A DNA stretch of 64,000 bases. It comes from Dehalococcoidia bacterium (GTDB lineage Bacteria > Chloroflexota > Dehalococcoidia > Plut-88900). The notes beneath the pieces were generated by a model. It saw nothing but the letters and a program-made list of their open reading frames with translations, was not told the origin of the DNA and did not search any database. Location: NCBI GenBank assembly GCA_965197585.1, contig OZ240215.1:1856001-1920000 (forward strand). The letters run 5' to 3'. The position numbers and the translations under genes were made by a program. Below, one piece after another: positions 8,555 through 16,915 of this stretch (position 1 is its first letter; every line of letters starts with the position of its first letter).

Positions 8555-10594
8555 CTACACGAACAGAGGCCCGAACACCACCGCCACTATCGCCATCAGC
8601 TTTAGCAGGATGTTCAGCGAGGGACCGGACGTGTCCTTGAACGGGTCACCGACAGTGTCACCGACTACCGCCGCCTTGTGCGCCTCGGAGCCCTTGCCCC
8701 CGTGCGCTCCCTGCTCGATGTACTTCTTCGCGTTGTCCCACGCCCCGCCTGCATTCGCCATCGTGATGGCCAGCATCACGCCGGATGCTATCGAGCCGAT
8801 TAGCAGACCGCCCAGCGCCTGCGGCCCCAGCACAATCCCGATAATTATCGGCGTAACTACGGCAAGCAGTCCCGGCACAATCATCTCTTTGATCGCTCCG
8901 TTCGTGCTGATGGCCACAGCCTTCCCATACTCGGGGCGTCCCGTGCCCTCCATAATTCCCGGTATCTCTCGGAACTGCCGTCTCACCTCATTCACCATCG
9001 CATTGGCGGCTCGGCCCACGGCCTGCAGCGTAAGCGCCGAGAACACGAAAGGCATCAGACCCCCGACGAGTAGCCCGATTAGCGTGCTCGAACTGTCCTC
9101 CAAAAGGTCGATTACCTCGATGTTAACCACCTCGGCGTATGTCACCATCAGCGCTAGCGAGGTGAGCACCGCCGAGCCAATCGCGAATCCCTTGCCCGTG
9201 GCCGCTGTCGTGTTACCCAGCGAGTCCAGGGAGTCAGTCCTTTCTCTTACCTCGGGCGGAAGCCCTGCTTGCTCTGCGATACCTCCCGCGTTGTCGGCAA
9301 CCGGACCGTAGGCGTCTGTTGCCAGCGTGATCCCCAACGTCGAAAGCATCCCAACCGCCGCCAGTGCTATCCCGTACACTCCGGCCAGCCAGTTCGCCAG
9401 CCAGATGGCTACAACTATCGACACGATGGGAATGACTGTGCTGAACATCCCCAGCCCGATCCCTCCGATTATTACCGTCGCCGGGCCGGTTAGCGACTGT
9501 TTGGACAATCCTCTCGTGAACGGATATTCGTAGGAGGTAAAGACCTCGGTAGCCGTGCCGATAACCTGGCCCGTCACCAACCCGACCACCACCACCCAGA
9601 ACAAGTTGAAGTCCATATCAAGCTGCCAAATTGCCAGCCCAGTCCCTATCAGTACCAGTCCCCCCGACGTGAAGATTCCCGTTCGAAGGGCCCAAAGCAG
9701 CCTGCCCATCCCCGCACCCTCCCCGGTCCGCACCAGGAAGGTTCCTATCACCGAGGCGAATATGCCGATAGACGCTACCAGAAGGGGCAATATGAACCCG
9801 TTGGAGTCATACCCGCCCGTGTGCCCGACCAGAATGGTCGCCGTAGCCGCCAGCGAAAGTGTCGCTATAAGGGAACCGACATACGACTCGAACAAATCGG
9901 CCCCCATCCCAGCCACGTCACCCACGTTGTCACCCACGTTGTCGGCTATGGTCGCCGGGTTCCGAGGATCGTCCTCCGGAATTCCCGCTTCCACCTTGCC
10001 TACCAGGTCAGCCCCGACGTCCGCCGCCTTGGTGTAAATGCCCCCGCCTACCCGGGCGAACAGTGCCACCGACGAAGCTCCGAAGCCAAATCCGGCCACA
10101 ATGAATGGGTCCTTGAACACCCAGTACAGTGCCGTGACTCCAATAAGCCCGATCCCGACCACCGTGACTCCCATCACCGCCCCGCCCGAGAACGCTACGC
10201 GCAGCGCAGGGCCTAGCCCCACTTGAGCCTTCGCAGTGGTCCTGGTATTTGTCCGGACCGCCACGTTCATCCCTATGTATCCCGCCAGCCCCGAGGCCAC
10301 CGCCCCCGCCATGTAGGAAATTGCCGTCGCTGGCAGGGACCGGGCGTCGCCGGGGATCCGGTCCAGTACGTCGGCGTCAATGAATATCCACAGCACCGCG
10401 AAGGAGATCAGGGCAAAAGCCCCAAGGACGGCGTACTCCCTTTTGAGGAAGGCCATAGCCCCCTCCTGGATCGCCTTCCCGATCTCCCGCATCAACTCGT
10501 TGCCCTCGTCCTGTCTGAGTATGTAAATGATCAGGGCGATGGCAAAGACCAGCGCAGTCGCGCCTGCGGCGAAGCTGATGATGAATGAGGTCAT
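8555..10594 (-). CDS. hppA: Membrane-bound ion-translocating pyrophosphatase, K+-dependent type (probably Na+-PPase)
   Basis: DVGADLVGKVE, EDDPRNP, DNVGDNVGD and GDTVGDPFKD motifs; GNTTAA (Ala) marks K+ dependence. Confidence 0.95.
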   Translation of the reverse strand: MTSFIISFAAGATALVFAIALIIYILRQDEGNELMREIGKAIQEGAMAFLKREYAVLGAFALISFAVLWIFIDADVLDRIPGDARSLPATAISYMAGAVASGLAGYIGMNVAVRTNTRTTAKAQVGLGPALRVAFSGGAVMGVTVVGIGLIGVTALYWVFKDPFIVAGFGFGASSVALFARVGGGIYTKAADVGADLVGKVEAGIPEDDPRNPATIADNVGDNVGDVAGMGADLFESYVGSLIATLSLAATATILVGHTGGYDSNGFILPLLVASIGIFASVIGTFLVRTGEGAGMGRLLWALRTGIFTSGGLVLIGTGLAIWQLDMDFNLFWVVVVGLVTGQVIGTATEVFTSYEYPFTRGLSKQSLTGPATVIIGGIGLGMFSTVIPIVSIVVAIWLANWLAGVYGIALAAVGMLSTLGITLATDAYGPVADNAGGIAEQAGLPPEVRERTDSLDSLGNTTAATGKGFAIGSAVLTSLALMVTYAEVVNIEVIDLLEDSSSTLIGLLVGGLMPFVFSALTLQAVGRAANAMVNEVRRQFREIPGIMEGTGRPEYGKAVAISTNGAIKEMIVPGLLAVVTPIIIGIVLGPQALGGLLIGSIASGVMLAITMANAGGAWDNAKKYIEQGAHGGKGSEAHKAAVVGDTVGDPFKDTSGPSLNILLKLMAIVAVVFGPLFV

Positions 10595-10689
10595 AAGAGG
10601 AGGTCTCCTGACTGGAATTGATTGTAGAGTCTGGGCCCCTGTCAGACACGGATTTTATCGGCATCCCCACCCAAGCGTCAAGAAGCCCC

Positions 10690-11411
10690 ACCCCCCTGAG
10701 CCGGAATCCATCCCCGGAGGGGCCGCTCACCCTAGCATGCTGAAAGTGCGCCTCTGGAGCATCGAAGGGTCAAGCGGGGGGCGGCCCAGCACCGCCAATC
10801 CGTCACGGTTACCCGACCCCACCCCCCGAGGGGAGCCTGTCCGCCAAAGGCGGATCATTCCTGCCCCCGAGAGCCGGAATCCCTGGGTGGGGAATTCCGT
10901 TCGCCCTGAGCGGAGTCGAAGCATGTCCTGAGCCCCGTCGAAGGGGGTCTCAAGAACGGAATGGGTGGGCCGCCCTCCTTCCCCGTAGGGGCGACCGGCC
11001 GGTCGCCTTCCCCGGGGCAGAGGGGCCGCTCACCCTGAGGCACTCGAAGGGTCGAGCGTGGGGCGGCCCAGCACCGCCAATCCGTCGCGGTTACCCGACC
11101 CCACCCCCCGAGGGGAGCCTGTCCGCCCAAGTCGGACCATTCCTGCCCCCGAGAGCCGGAATCCATGGGTGGGGATTCCGTTCGCCCTGAGCGGAGTCGA
11201 AGGGTCTCAAGAACGGAATGGGTGGGCCGCCCTCCTTCCCCGTAGGGGCGACCGGCCGCTCACCCTCCCCGGGGCAGAGGGGCCGCTCACCCTGAGGCAC
11301 TCGAAGGGTCGAGCGTGGGGCGGCCCACGCTTTGCCAATCCGTCACGTCAGCCCCAACACCACCCCACCCCCTTCTCCCCTGTCATTCCGAGGCCCCGCG
11401 AGGAATCTAAG
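10690..11411. repeat. Composite BIME-like array of several REP-like palindromes with a ~260-300 bp tandem duplication
   Basis: Repeated modules ggggccgctcaccctgaggcactcgaagggtcgagcgtggggcggccc, cattcctgcccccgagagccggaatcc, gccctgagcggagtcgaaggg and gtaggggcgaccggcc. Confidence 0.85.
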
Positions 11412-11432
11412 GCGTCCTTAACGCCAAGCACG

Positions 11433-11747
11433 CTATTCCAGAATTAAACCAACAGCCTGCAAAATGACACTGGCCAAGGCTGCTACACCCGTAATGGTAG
11501 CTATTGATGCGGCGAACCAATGTTTCTTGAGCCACGTCATTCTCGGGGCTTTGAGCCGCTCCAAGTACTTGAGACCTGACAACGAGGTCAACGATTTATT
11601 GTGCCCACCTCCCACGCCATTTGTAAGATAATCGGCGATATGCAACAGCTGAACTGTGTTGGCATCTTTGTGAGCGTGTAGGTAAAGCACTGGTTCCTTA
11701 CATTGCTCCAAAACACGGATCATGCTCTTTCTTAATTCTTTATCCAC
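11433..11747 (-). CDS. Hypothetical lower-GC protein with a C-terminal TM helix
   Basis: ORF directly after the MTase-HNH gene; ends WFAASIATITGVAALASVILQAVGLILE. Confidence 0.5.
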   Translation of the reverse strand: MDKELRKSMIRVLEQCKEPVLYLHAHKDANTVQLLHIADYLTNGVGGGHNKSLTSLSGLKYLERLKAPRMTWLKKHWFAASIATITGVAALASVILQAVGLILE

Positions 11748-11757
11748 CCCCCACCCC

Positions 11758-13119
11758 CTACCCCTCCCCCAACCTCGCCACCAGATAAGCCATATCCCTA
11801 TCCCCCTTGATCCGATTGCAATTCGGGCACAGCAGCTGAAGATTCTCCGGGTGGTCCGACCCTCCCCGACTCCTCGGCACCACGTGGTCCACCTCCATGA
11901 TCCTGAACAGGAACTCAACCTTGCACCCCCCACACCTCCCCTCCTGCCGGCCAAACAGCACGTGCTTCTGCTTCCGGTACGGTATCGGCGCCTCGATATC
12001 CGTCCGCCGAGGAATGTCCGTCCGAGCCGTCACCAGCCGGTCGTGGAACAGGTCTCCCATGAACTCCCGCAGCCGCATGTTCACCAGCTCGACAGCCTTC
12101 TCCGATATGTCTATCCCCACCCACTTCCTCCCCAGCCTCTCCGCCGCCACACACGCCGTCGCACACCCGCAAAACGGGTCCAGCACCACGTCTCCCGGAT
12201 TGGATGACGCCGAGATAATCCGTTCCAGGAGGGCGAGGGGCTTTTGGGTCGGATAGCCTATCCGCTCCTTAGCCTGGGAGTTGATGGCGTTGATGTCTGT
12301 CCATACCGCCTGAAGTGGCCTGCCCTTCATTTCATCGAGGTATCTCTTCAACCTAATGCCGCCCCGACTTGTGAAGTGCAGGCGTCCTTCCTCATCCAGT
12401 CTTCGCATTGTCTCTAATGGAACACGCCACAGTGACGAAATGCCCTTATATTCATATTCGTACCCGCCACCTGATAACCCTTTGGCTGTAATGTCGTAGT
12501 CGGCCCATGCCCGTCCGTCGGGGTCTCGCTGCCGAAATCTGGCTATGTAGGTATCGTCGTGCGGCTGATATAGAGAATTCCAAGTCCAACTCTCACGGTT
12601 CGAGTAAAACAAAATCACGTCAGAGTTTTTCCCATATCGGACTGAGTCGTTGTGTGCGGTAGTTCGTTGCCAGGTGATTTCATTCTGAAACTGTGCTGAC
12701 CCAAATATCGAGTCCATCAACAACTTCAGGTAATGGCTAGCCGTCGGGTCACAGTGCAGGTATATCGACCCCGTCTCCCTCAGCACCCGACGCATCTCCA
12801 GCAGCCGCACGGCCATCATGCACAGGTAGCTCTGCATCCCCTTCCCGTGCGTCAGCCCCGCCGTCTCGATAACCTTGTACATCGCCGGCTGCTCATCGGC
12901 GATCAGGCCCATCCAGGCCGTGTCCAGGTCCGACAGCGTCCACGTGTCCTTGAACGCCGCCCCCGCCGCCCGTGACCCCACCGGCGCAGCATAGTTCCGG
13001 TTCGAGTTGAACGGCGGATCGAGATATATCAGGTCCACCGACTCCGAGTTCAACCCCCGCAATATATCGAGGTTGTCCCCCGTCCAGATCGTCTTGTCCA
13101 CAAAATTCGGCTCAGGCAT
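11758..13119 (-). CDS. Beta-class N4/N6 DNA methyltransferase fused to a C-terminal HNH endonuclease
   Basis: DLIYLDPPF, YPTQKP and VLDPFCGCAT motifs; C-terminal CGGC...EVDHVVPRSRGGSDHPENLQLLCPNCNRIK. Confidence 0.92.
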   Translation of the reverse strand: MPEPNFVDKTIWTGDNLDILRGLNSESVDLIYLDPPFNSNRNYAAPVGSRAAGAAFKDTWTLSDLDTAWMGLIADEQPAMYKVIETAGLTHGKGMQSYLCMMAVRLLEMRRVLRETGSIYLHCDPTASHYLKLLMDSIFGSAQFQNEITWQRTTAHNDSVRYGKNSDVILFYSNRESWTWNSLYQPHDDTYIARFRQRDPDGRAWADYDITAKGLSGGGYEYEYKGISSLWRVPLETMRRLDEEGRLHFTSRGGIRLKRYLDEMKGRPLQAVWTDINAINSQAKERIGYPTQKPLALLERIISASSNPGDVVLDPFCGCATACVAAERLGRKWVGIDISEKAVELVNMRLREFMGDLFHDRLVTARTDIPRRTDIEAPIPYRKQKHVLFGRQEGRCGGCKVEFLFRIMEVDHVVPRSRGGSDHPENLQLLCPNCNRIKGDRDMAYLVARLGEG

Positions 13120-13163
13120 GTCGTAGATGCGCCTCCGGCGTAGCCGTCAGTTTACTCCAACTA

Positions 13164-13175
13164 GAGCATACGTTC
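13164..13175 (-). promoter_or_regulatory. LexA-like box overlapping a putative -35 of the MTase-HNH promoter
   Basis: Minus strand reads GAAC-GTAT-GCTC (one mismatch to GAAC-N4-GTTC) inside TTGAAC-N17-TAAACT. Confidence 0.5.
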
Positions 13176-13321
13176 AAAGACAGCCACCCCCCGCCCCCAA
13201 CCCTCCTTACCATTCCGATGCCCCGCGAGGTCGAAGATGCGCCTGTGGCGTGAGAGGGGGATTAAGGGAGTGAGGGTTCCCCGGTGGGGCTGGGGATGGG
13301 GCCGTAGGCTCGCCTCGGCGA

Positions 13322-13365
13322 GTGACATTTGCCTCTTGACTGATATAGGGCATGTGTTCTATATT
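13322..13365 (+). promoter_or_regulatory. Sigma70-type promoter with degenerate LexA-like box
   Basis: GTGACA-N8-TTGACT-N18-TATATT; GGGC-ATGT-GTTC abuts the -10. Confidence 0.6.
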
Positions 13366-13419
13366 TATGCCCGTACTGCCGATACTCAGGATATGCTACA
13401 ACCACGAAAGGATTGCCGA

Positions 13420-13774
13420 TATGAACCCTTCTTCCCAAACCCAGGACCCCTTCTATGCCTCCAGCATGACCCGCACCGAGAAAAAGAGGTTGGCCGACGC
13501 TCAGGTTGTCCGCGGCCTCAACGATGAAATCGCCCTCCTCCGCCTCAAGCTCGGCAACCTCGTCGACAATGACCCCAACAACATACCTCTCATATTCAAG
13601 GGCGCCGACCTCATCGTGCGTGCCGTCGCCGCCCGAACCCGCGTCTCCAAGGACTCCCCCGAAGACTCCGAGCAGGGCATATACAATATGCTCAAGGACG
13701 CCAGCGAACACTTCGGACTCAAGATGATTCCCTGGGACTGCGAATGCGGCCCCGAATGCCACTCCCAATCCTAG
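13420..13774 (+). CDS. Hypothetical helical protein resembling Dehalococcoidia small-terminase-like proteins
   Basis: FY...GLNDEIALLRLKL...DPNNIPLI pattern; family assignment recalled from memory, not searched. Confidence 0.55.
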
Positions 13775-13789
13775 CCCCCCGCCTACCCA

Positions 13790-14095
13790 TCATCCCCCCC
13801 GAGGGGAGCCTGTCCGCCAAAGGCGGATCATTCCGAGGCCCTGAGAGCCGGAATCCATCCCCAGTGTGGGGAGGGGTAGTCCTGTCCCCTCTCCCTTGAG
13901 GGGAGAGGGCTAGAGCCTGCCCCGAGTCCCCCCGAGGGGGTGAGGGTGATCCCCTCCCCCAGCGCGGGGCCGCTCATCCTGAGGCACTCGAAGGGTCGAG
14001 CGAGGGGCGGCCCACCATCGCCATTCCTTCACGTCCGCACTCCCCACCCCACCCCCCTCTTCCCCGTCACTCCGAGGCCCCGCGAGGAATCTAGG
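13790..14095. repeat. Cluster of REP-like palindromes
   Basis: Same modules as 10690-11411, plus ccctctccc...gggagaggg (also at 28391-28429). Confidence 0.8.
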
Positions 14096-14146
14096 ACCTG
14101 CCCTCCCACACCTTGCCTAGCCTTCCTTCCCCTCCTCCCTGTTAAC

Positions 14147-14187
14147 GATATATCAGCCATGTTGCACAGCAACATGGCTGATATATC
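14147..14187. repeat. Perfect 19-bp inverted repeat with a 3-nt spacer
   Basis: gatatatcagccatgttgc-aca-gcaacatggctgatatatc. Confidence 0.9.
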
Positions 14188-14254
14188 AATAAAACAGGGC
14201 GGGTGGGCGGGACTCCATTTATTCCGAGGGGCCGAGGGGTATCCCTCCCCAAAA

Positions 14255-14298
14255 GTGACACGAACCCCTTGACTCAATAAGTACGCATGTACTATATT
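14255..14298 (+). promoter_or_regulatory. Sigma70-type promoter with LexA-like box, upstream of candidate ncRNA copy 1
   Basis: GTGACA-N8-TTGACT-N18-TATATT; GTAC-GCAT-GTAC at 14281-14292. Confidence 0.7.
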
Positions 14299-14343
14299 CT
14301 CCCTTGAATGGCCAATCACCCACCCCAACCACCAAGGAGGTAC

Positions 14344-14925
14344 AAAAACTAGGGAAGCCCACCCGACCCACCCGAGGACTCAACGCCTAAGCCCATCCCA
14401 ACGGCCCTCGCGCAGGCCCGCGGCACAAGCGAAAGCGGAACGTCCGCCTATGGAGGACCGCCATCTCCTCATCCCCATCGGGTCCCGTGTACCCTTCCCC
14501 CTTCCCTGACCATCAGGCGATGGAAGACGCCCTGGACCGTACATAAAAGTCTCCTCACGGAGCAACCCGACCCATGGAGCGGAACGGGGCAGCCCGTAGC
14601 CGAGGCCCGCTCGGCTCTCCGTCCGCTTCCTCAAATAAAACTGGGCCGCCCGCCACTCCGGGTTCCTGGATACAGGCGGCGAACTGGATACCCACTACTC
14701 CTGCGAGGGGAACTGACCCTGGACTTTCCCCTTCCTGCACCCGCCTCCGGCGGACAGCGCAGCCAACCCTTATTGGAGCCTATGACGGATGACGGACCCG
14801 TATGTCCGACCATACTTCCAGGTCTAGGCGGCGGCGGAGCCCCGTCCCCACGTTCCCGGGACGCCTCCAAGCCCGCATTATCTAAAAATAGGGAGCCTAA
14901 TCCAGCAAGCGTCTTCCATCGTCAA
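14344..14925 (+). ncRNA. Candidate large structured ncRNA, copy 1 (family not recognised)
   Basis: Homologous along its length to 61789-62337; frame-breaking indels; many stems kept by compensatory or wobble changes. Confidence 0.7.
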
Positions 14926-14965
14926 CCCAAAACCCCAAACAATACTCACAAACCCCACCCCACAG

Positions 14966-15625
14966 CTAAATACCCCCCAGCTTATCCTCCAGCCTCCGCA
15001 GCGACCGTTCCAGCTGGTGCTGTCGATAGGCCACCGTCAGGTCTCCCCGCGTACGCTCCACCACTCCCCTTACCATATCCGTCGTCCGCCGGAGCCCCGA
15101 GGTGATCCCGTCCGGGAAGTCGATCGTCGTCAGAGCCATGTAGATAGTGTCGATCTGCTCAAGCTTCCGCTCGCAAAGGTCTATGTCGCCCTTGCGAAGG
15201 GTGTCCAGGATGTGCCGGCGCATCTCCCCCACCGCCTCCCCCATCCCGTTTAGATAAGCCGGATACCCTACCCTTAGCTCGTCCGGGTCCGGTAAAGGAC
15301 TCTCCGATGCCAGGGACAGCGTGATCTGCCCCTCGGCGTACTCCTTTTGAGCGTCGTGCAGAAAGCCCGCGTGATATACAGATGGATGTCCTGCCAGCGA
15401 TTCTTCGGCCCTGTCCAGCAGCTCCCGGGCCCGTGCCAGCAGCCTCTTCGCCTCATCAAACTCCCCCCGGTGAGTCGCCCGGATCGAGTTGGCGCAATGC
15501 CGGATCGCGTCCCTCGACCCCCGCAGCCCCTCCTCCCGCGCCCCGTGCTTCTCCGATAGGCTTGCCCGGACCTTCTCGATTATCGGCCCCAGGTTGGAGA
15601 CCGGCCCCGGCCCTTCACTTGGCAT
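14966..15625 (-). CDS. Translin/Trax-family protein
   Basis: All-helical; AQKEYAEG, YLNGMGEAVGEMRR and GLRRTTDMVRGVVERTRGD motifs. Confidence 0.75.
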   Translation of the reverse strand: MPSEGPGPVSNLGPIIEKVRASLSEKHGAREEGLRGSRDAIRHCANSIRATHRGEFDEAKRLLARARELLDRAEESLAGHPSVYHAGFLHDAQKEYAEGQITLSLASESPLPDPDELRVGYPAYLNGMGEAVGEMRRHILDTLRKGDIDLCERKLEQIDTIYMALTTIDFPDGITSGLRRTTDMVRGVVERTRGDLTVAYRQHQLERSLRRLEDKLGGI

Positions 15626-16265
15626 GACGCCCTCGGGACGCTGAAGTAATCTTCTCGCTCAGTTCCCTCGCCGCCGCCTCTATGTCCGGCGCTGACAACA
15701 CTGCGCTGATGACGCATATCGAATCTGCACCCGCTTCCACCACCGGCCCCACGTTGTCGGCGTTGATACCCCCAATCGCTACCACCGGCGCCGACACCCC
15801 ACCCGACACCGACTCCAGCGTCACCAGGCCCGCGGGCCGCGTCACCGCCTTGGACTTCGTCGGATATATCGCCCCGACTGCTATGTAATACGCCCCGTCG
15901 GCCTCGGCCTTTCTCGCTTCCTCCACCGTCGCCGTCGACACCCCAATAACCGCTCCCTCCGGCATCAAGGCCCGAGCCTCCACTAGCGGAAGGTCCTTCT
16001 GTCCCAGGTGCACACCATCCGCTCCCGAGGCCAAAGCCAAGTCAACATGGTCATTCACTATTGAGGTTACGCCGGCCGCGGCACAGATGCGATTGACTTC
16101 CTTGACGATGGGCAGCTGTTCACCCTTGTCCCGGGTCTTGTCCCGCCACTGGATCACCCGAACCCCGCCCCGAATCATCGCCTCCGCCGCCTTAACCTCC
16201 GAGACGCCACTCAGGAAGCTCGGATCGAGAATAACGTACAACCCCGAGATCTTGCCGCTCTTCAT
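15615..16265 (-). CDS. thiE: Thiamine-phosphate synthase
   Basis: QWRDK, IVNDHVD, GVHLGQKD, PTKSK and VVAIGGI motifs. Confidence 0.95.
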   Translation of the reverse strand: MKSGKISGLYVILDPSFLSGVSEVKAAEAMIRGGVRVIQWRDKTRDKGEQLPIVKEVNRICAAAGVTSIVNDHVDLALASGADGVHLGQKDLPLVEARALMPEGAVIGVSTATVEEARKAEADGAYYIAVGAIYPTKSKAVTRPAGLVTLESVSGGVSAPVVAIGGINADNVGPVVEAGADSICVISAVLSAPDIEAAARELSEKITSASRGRHAK

Positions 16266-16569
16266 AGCACCTCCATTTGAGGCATTTGCTTATTAGTCAT
16301 GCGAAAGCAGGCCGATTGGGCGTCTTAGTGCGAAGAGTGGGGCGGATGGGCCGCTCACCCTGAGGCCCTCGAAGGGTCGAGAGGGGGACCGCGCATCACC
16401 AATCCGTCGCATCTCTAAACGCCACCCCACTCCCTTCTCCCATGCCTCCCCAGTCCCTTTCCCGCCAACCGACGCCCAGACCCCCTGTCATCCCGAGGCC
16501 ACGCGAGGGATCTAGGATTTGTCCAATCTGGTAGTTCATTGAATCACCCATCCCCAAGCCCCCCGACCT

Positions 16570-16914
16570 CTAGATGTCCTTGATCGCCGGAGGCATCTCA
16601 CCGTCCCGAGCCGCGTCTATCATCTCCCGTGCCTGCTCCGGCATATCCACACCCATATCGCCCAACCTCTTCTCAGCCCACCGGCCGATGTTCGTCGGGT
16701 CCTTGTAATAGTCGTCGGTCGGGTTGAGCTGTGGCGGCCCTGAGGCGTCCCACTTGTCCTGCATCGACCTGTGATACGCCACCTGGGATATCATTCGGCT
16801 GAGGTCGGCGCTCCCGCAGGACTCGCAAACCGGGTTGGCCGTCGATCCTATACTGCGCAGGAAGATGCTAGTCGTTCTGCGGCAATCTGAGCATCTGTAT
16901 TCGTAGATAGGCAT
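16570..16914 (-). CDS. FmdB-family zinc-ribbon regulatory protein
   Basis: MPIYEYRCSDC...CESCGS. Confidence 0.85.
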   Translation of the reverse strand: MPIYEYRCSDCRRTTSIFLRSIGSTANPVCESCGSADLSRMISQVAYHRSMQDKWDASGPPQLNPTDDYYKDPTNIGRWAEKRLGDMGVDMPEQAREMIDAARDGEMPPAIKDI

Positions 16915-16915
16915 A

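Noticed and set aside
10690-11411. CRISPR array
   Set aside because: The intervening sequences are themselves repeated, the spacing is irregular and there are no cas genes.
14716-14736. Minus-strand GGGGAAAGTCC resembling the RNase P P4 motif
   Set aside because: No ACAGAA...GGCTTA 3' partner, and the promoter points to the + strand.
14697-14830. Resemblance to group I (CUGCG...CGCAGCCAA) or group II domain V (GAGCC...AC) cores
   Set aside because: No recognisable P7 (R/S) pairing, no pairing domain V 3' strand, no GUGYG start and no host exons; cmscan needed to exclude fully.
14864-14907. Twister-like words (CUCCAAGCCC...GGAG...UAA..GC)
   Set aside because: I could not build P1/P2 stems in the required register.
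14380-15105. ORF-track proteins overlapping the duplicated element (MRKRTESRA..., MERNGAARS..., MTDDGPV...) and their equivalents at 61834-62405
   Set aside because: The two copies differ by 1-nt indels that shift these frames, and the variation follows base pairing rather than codons.
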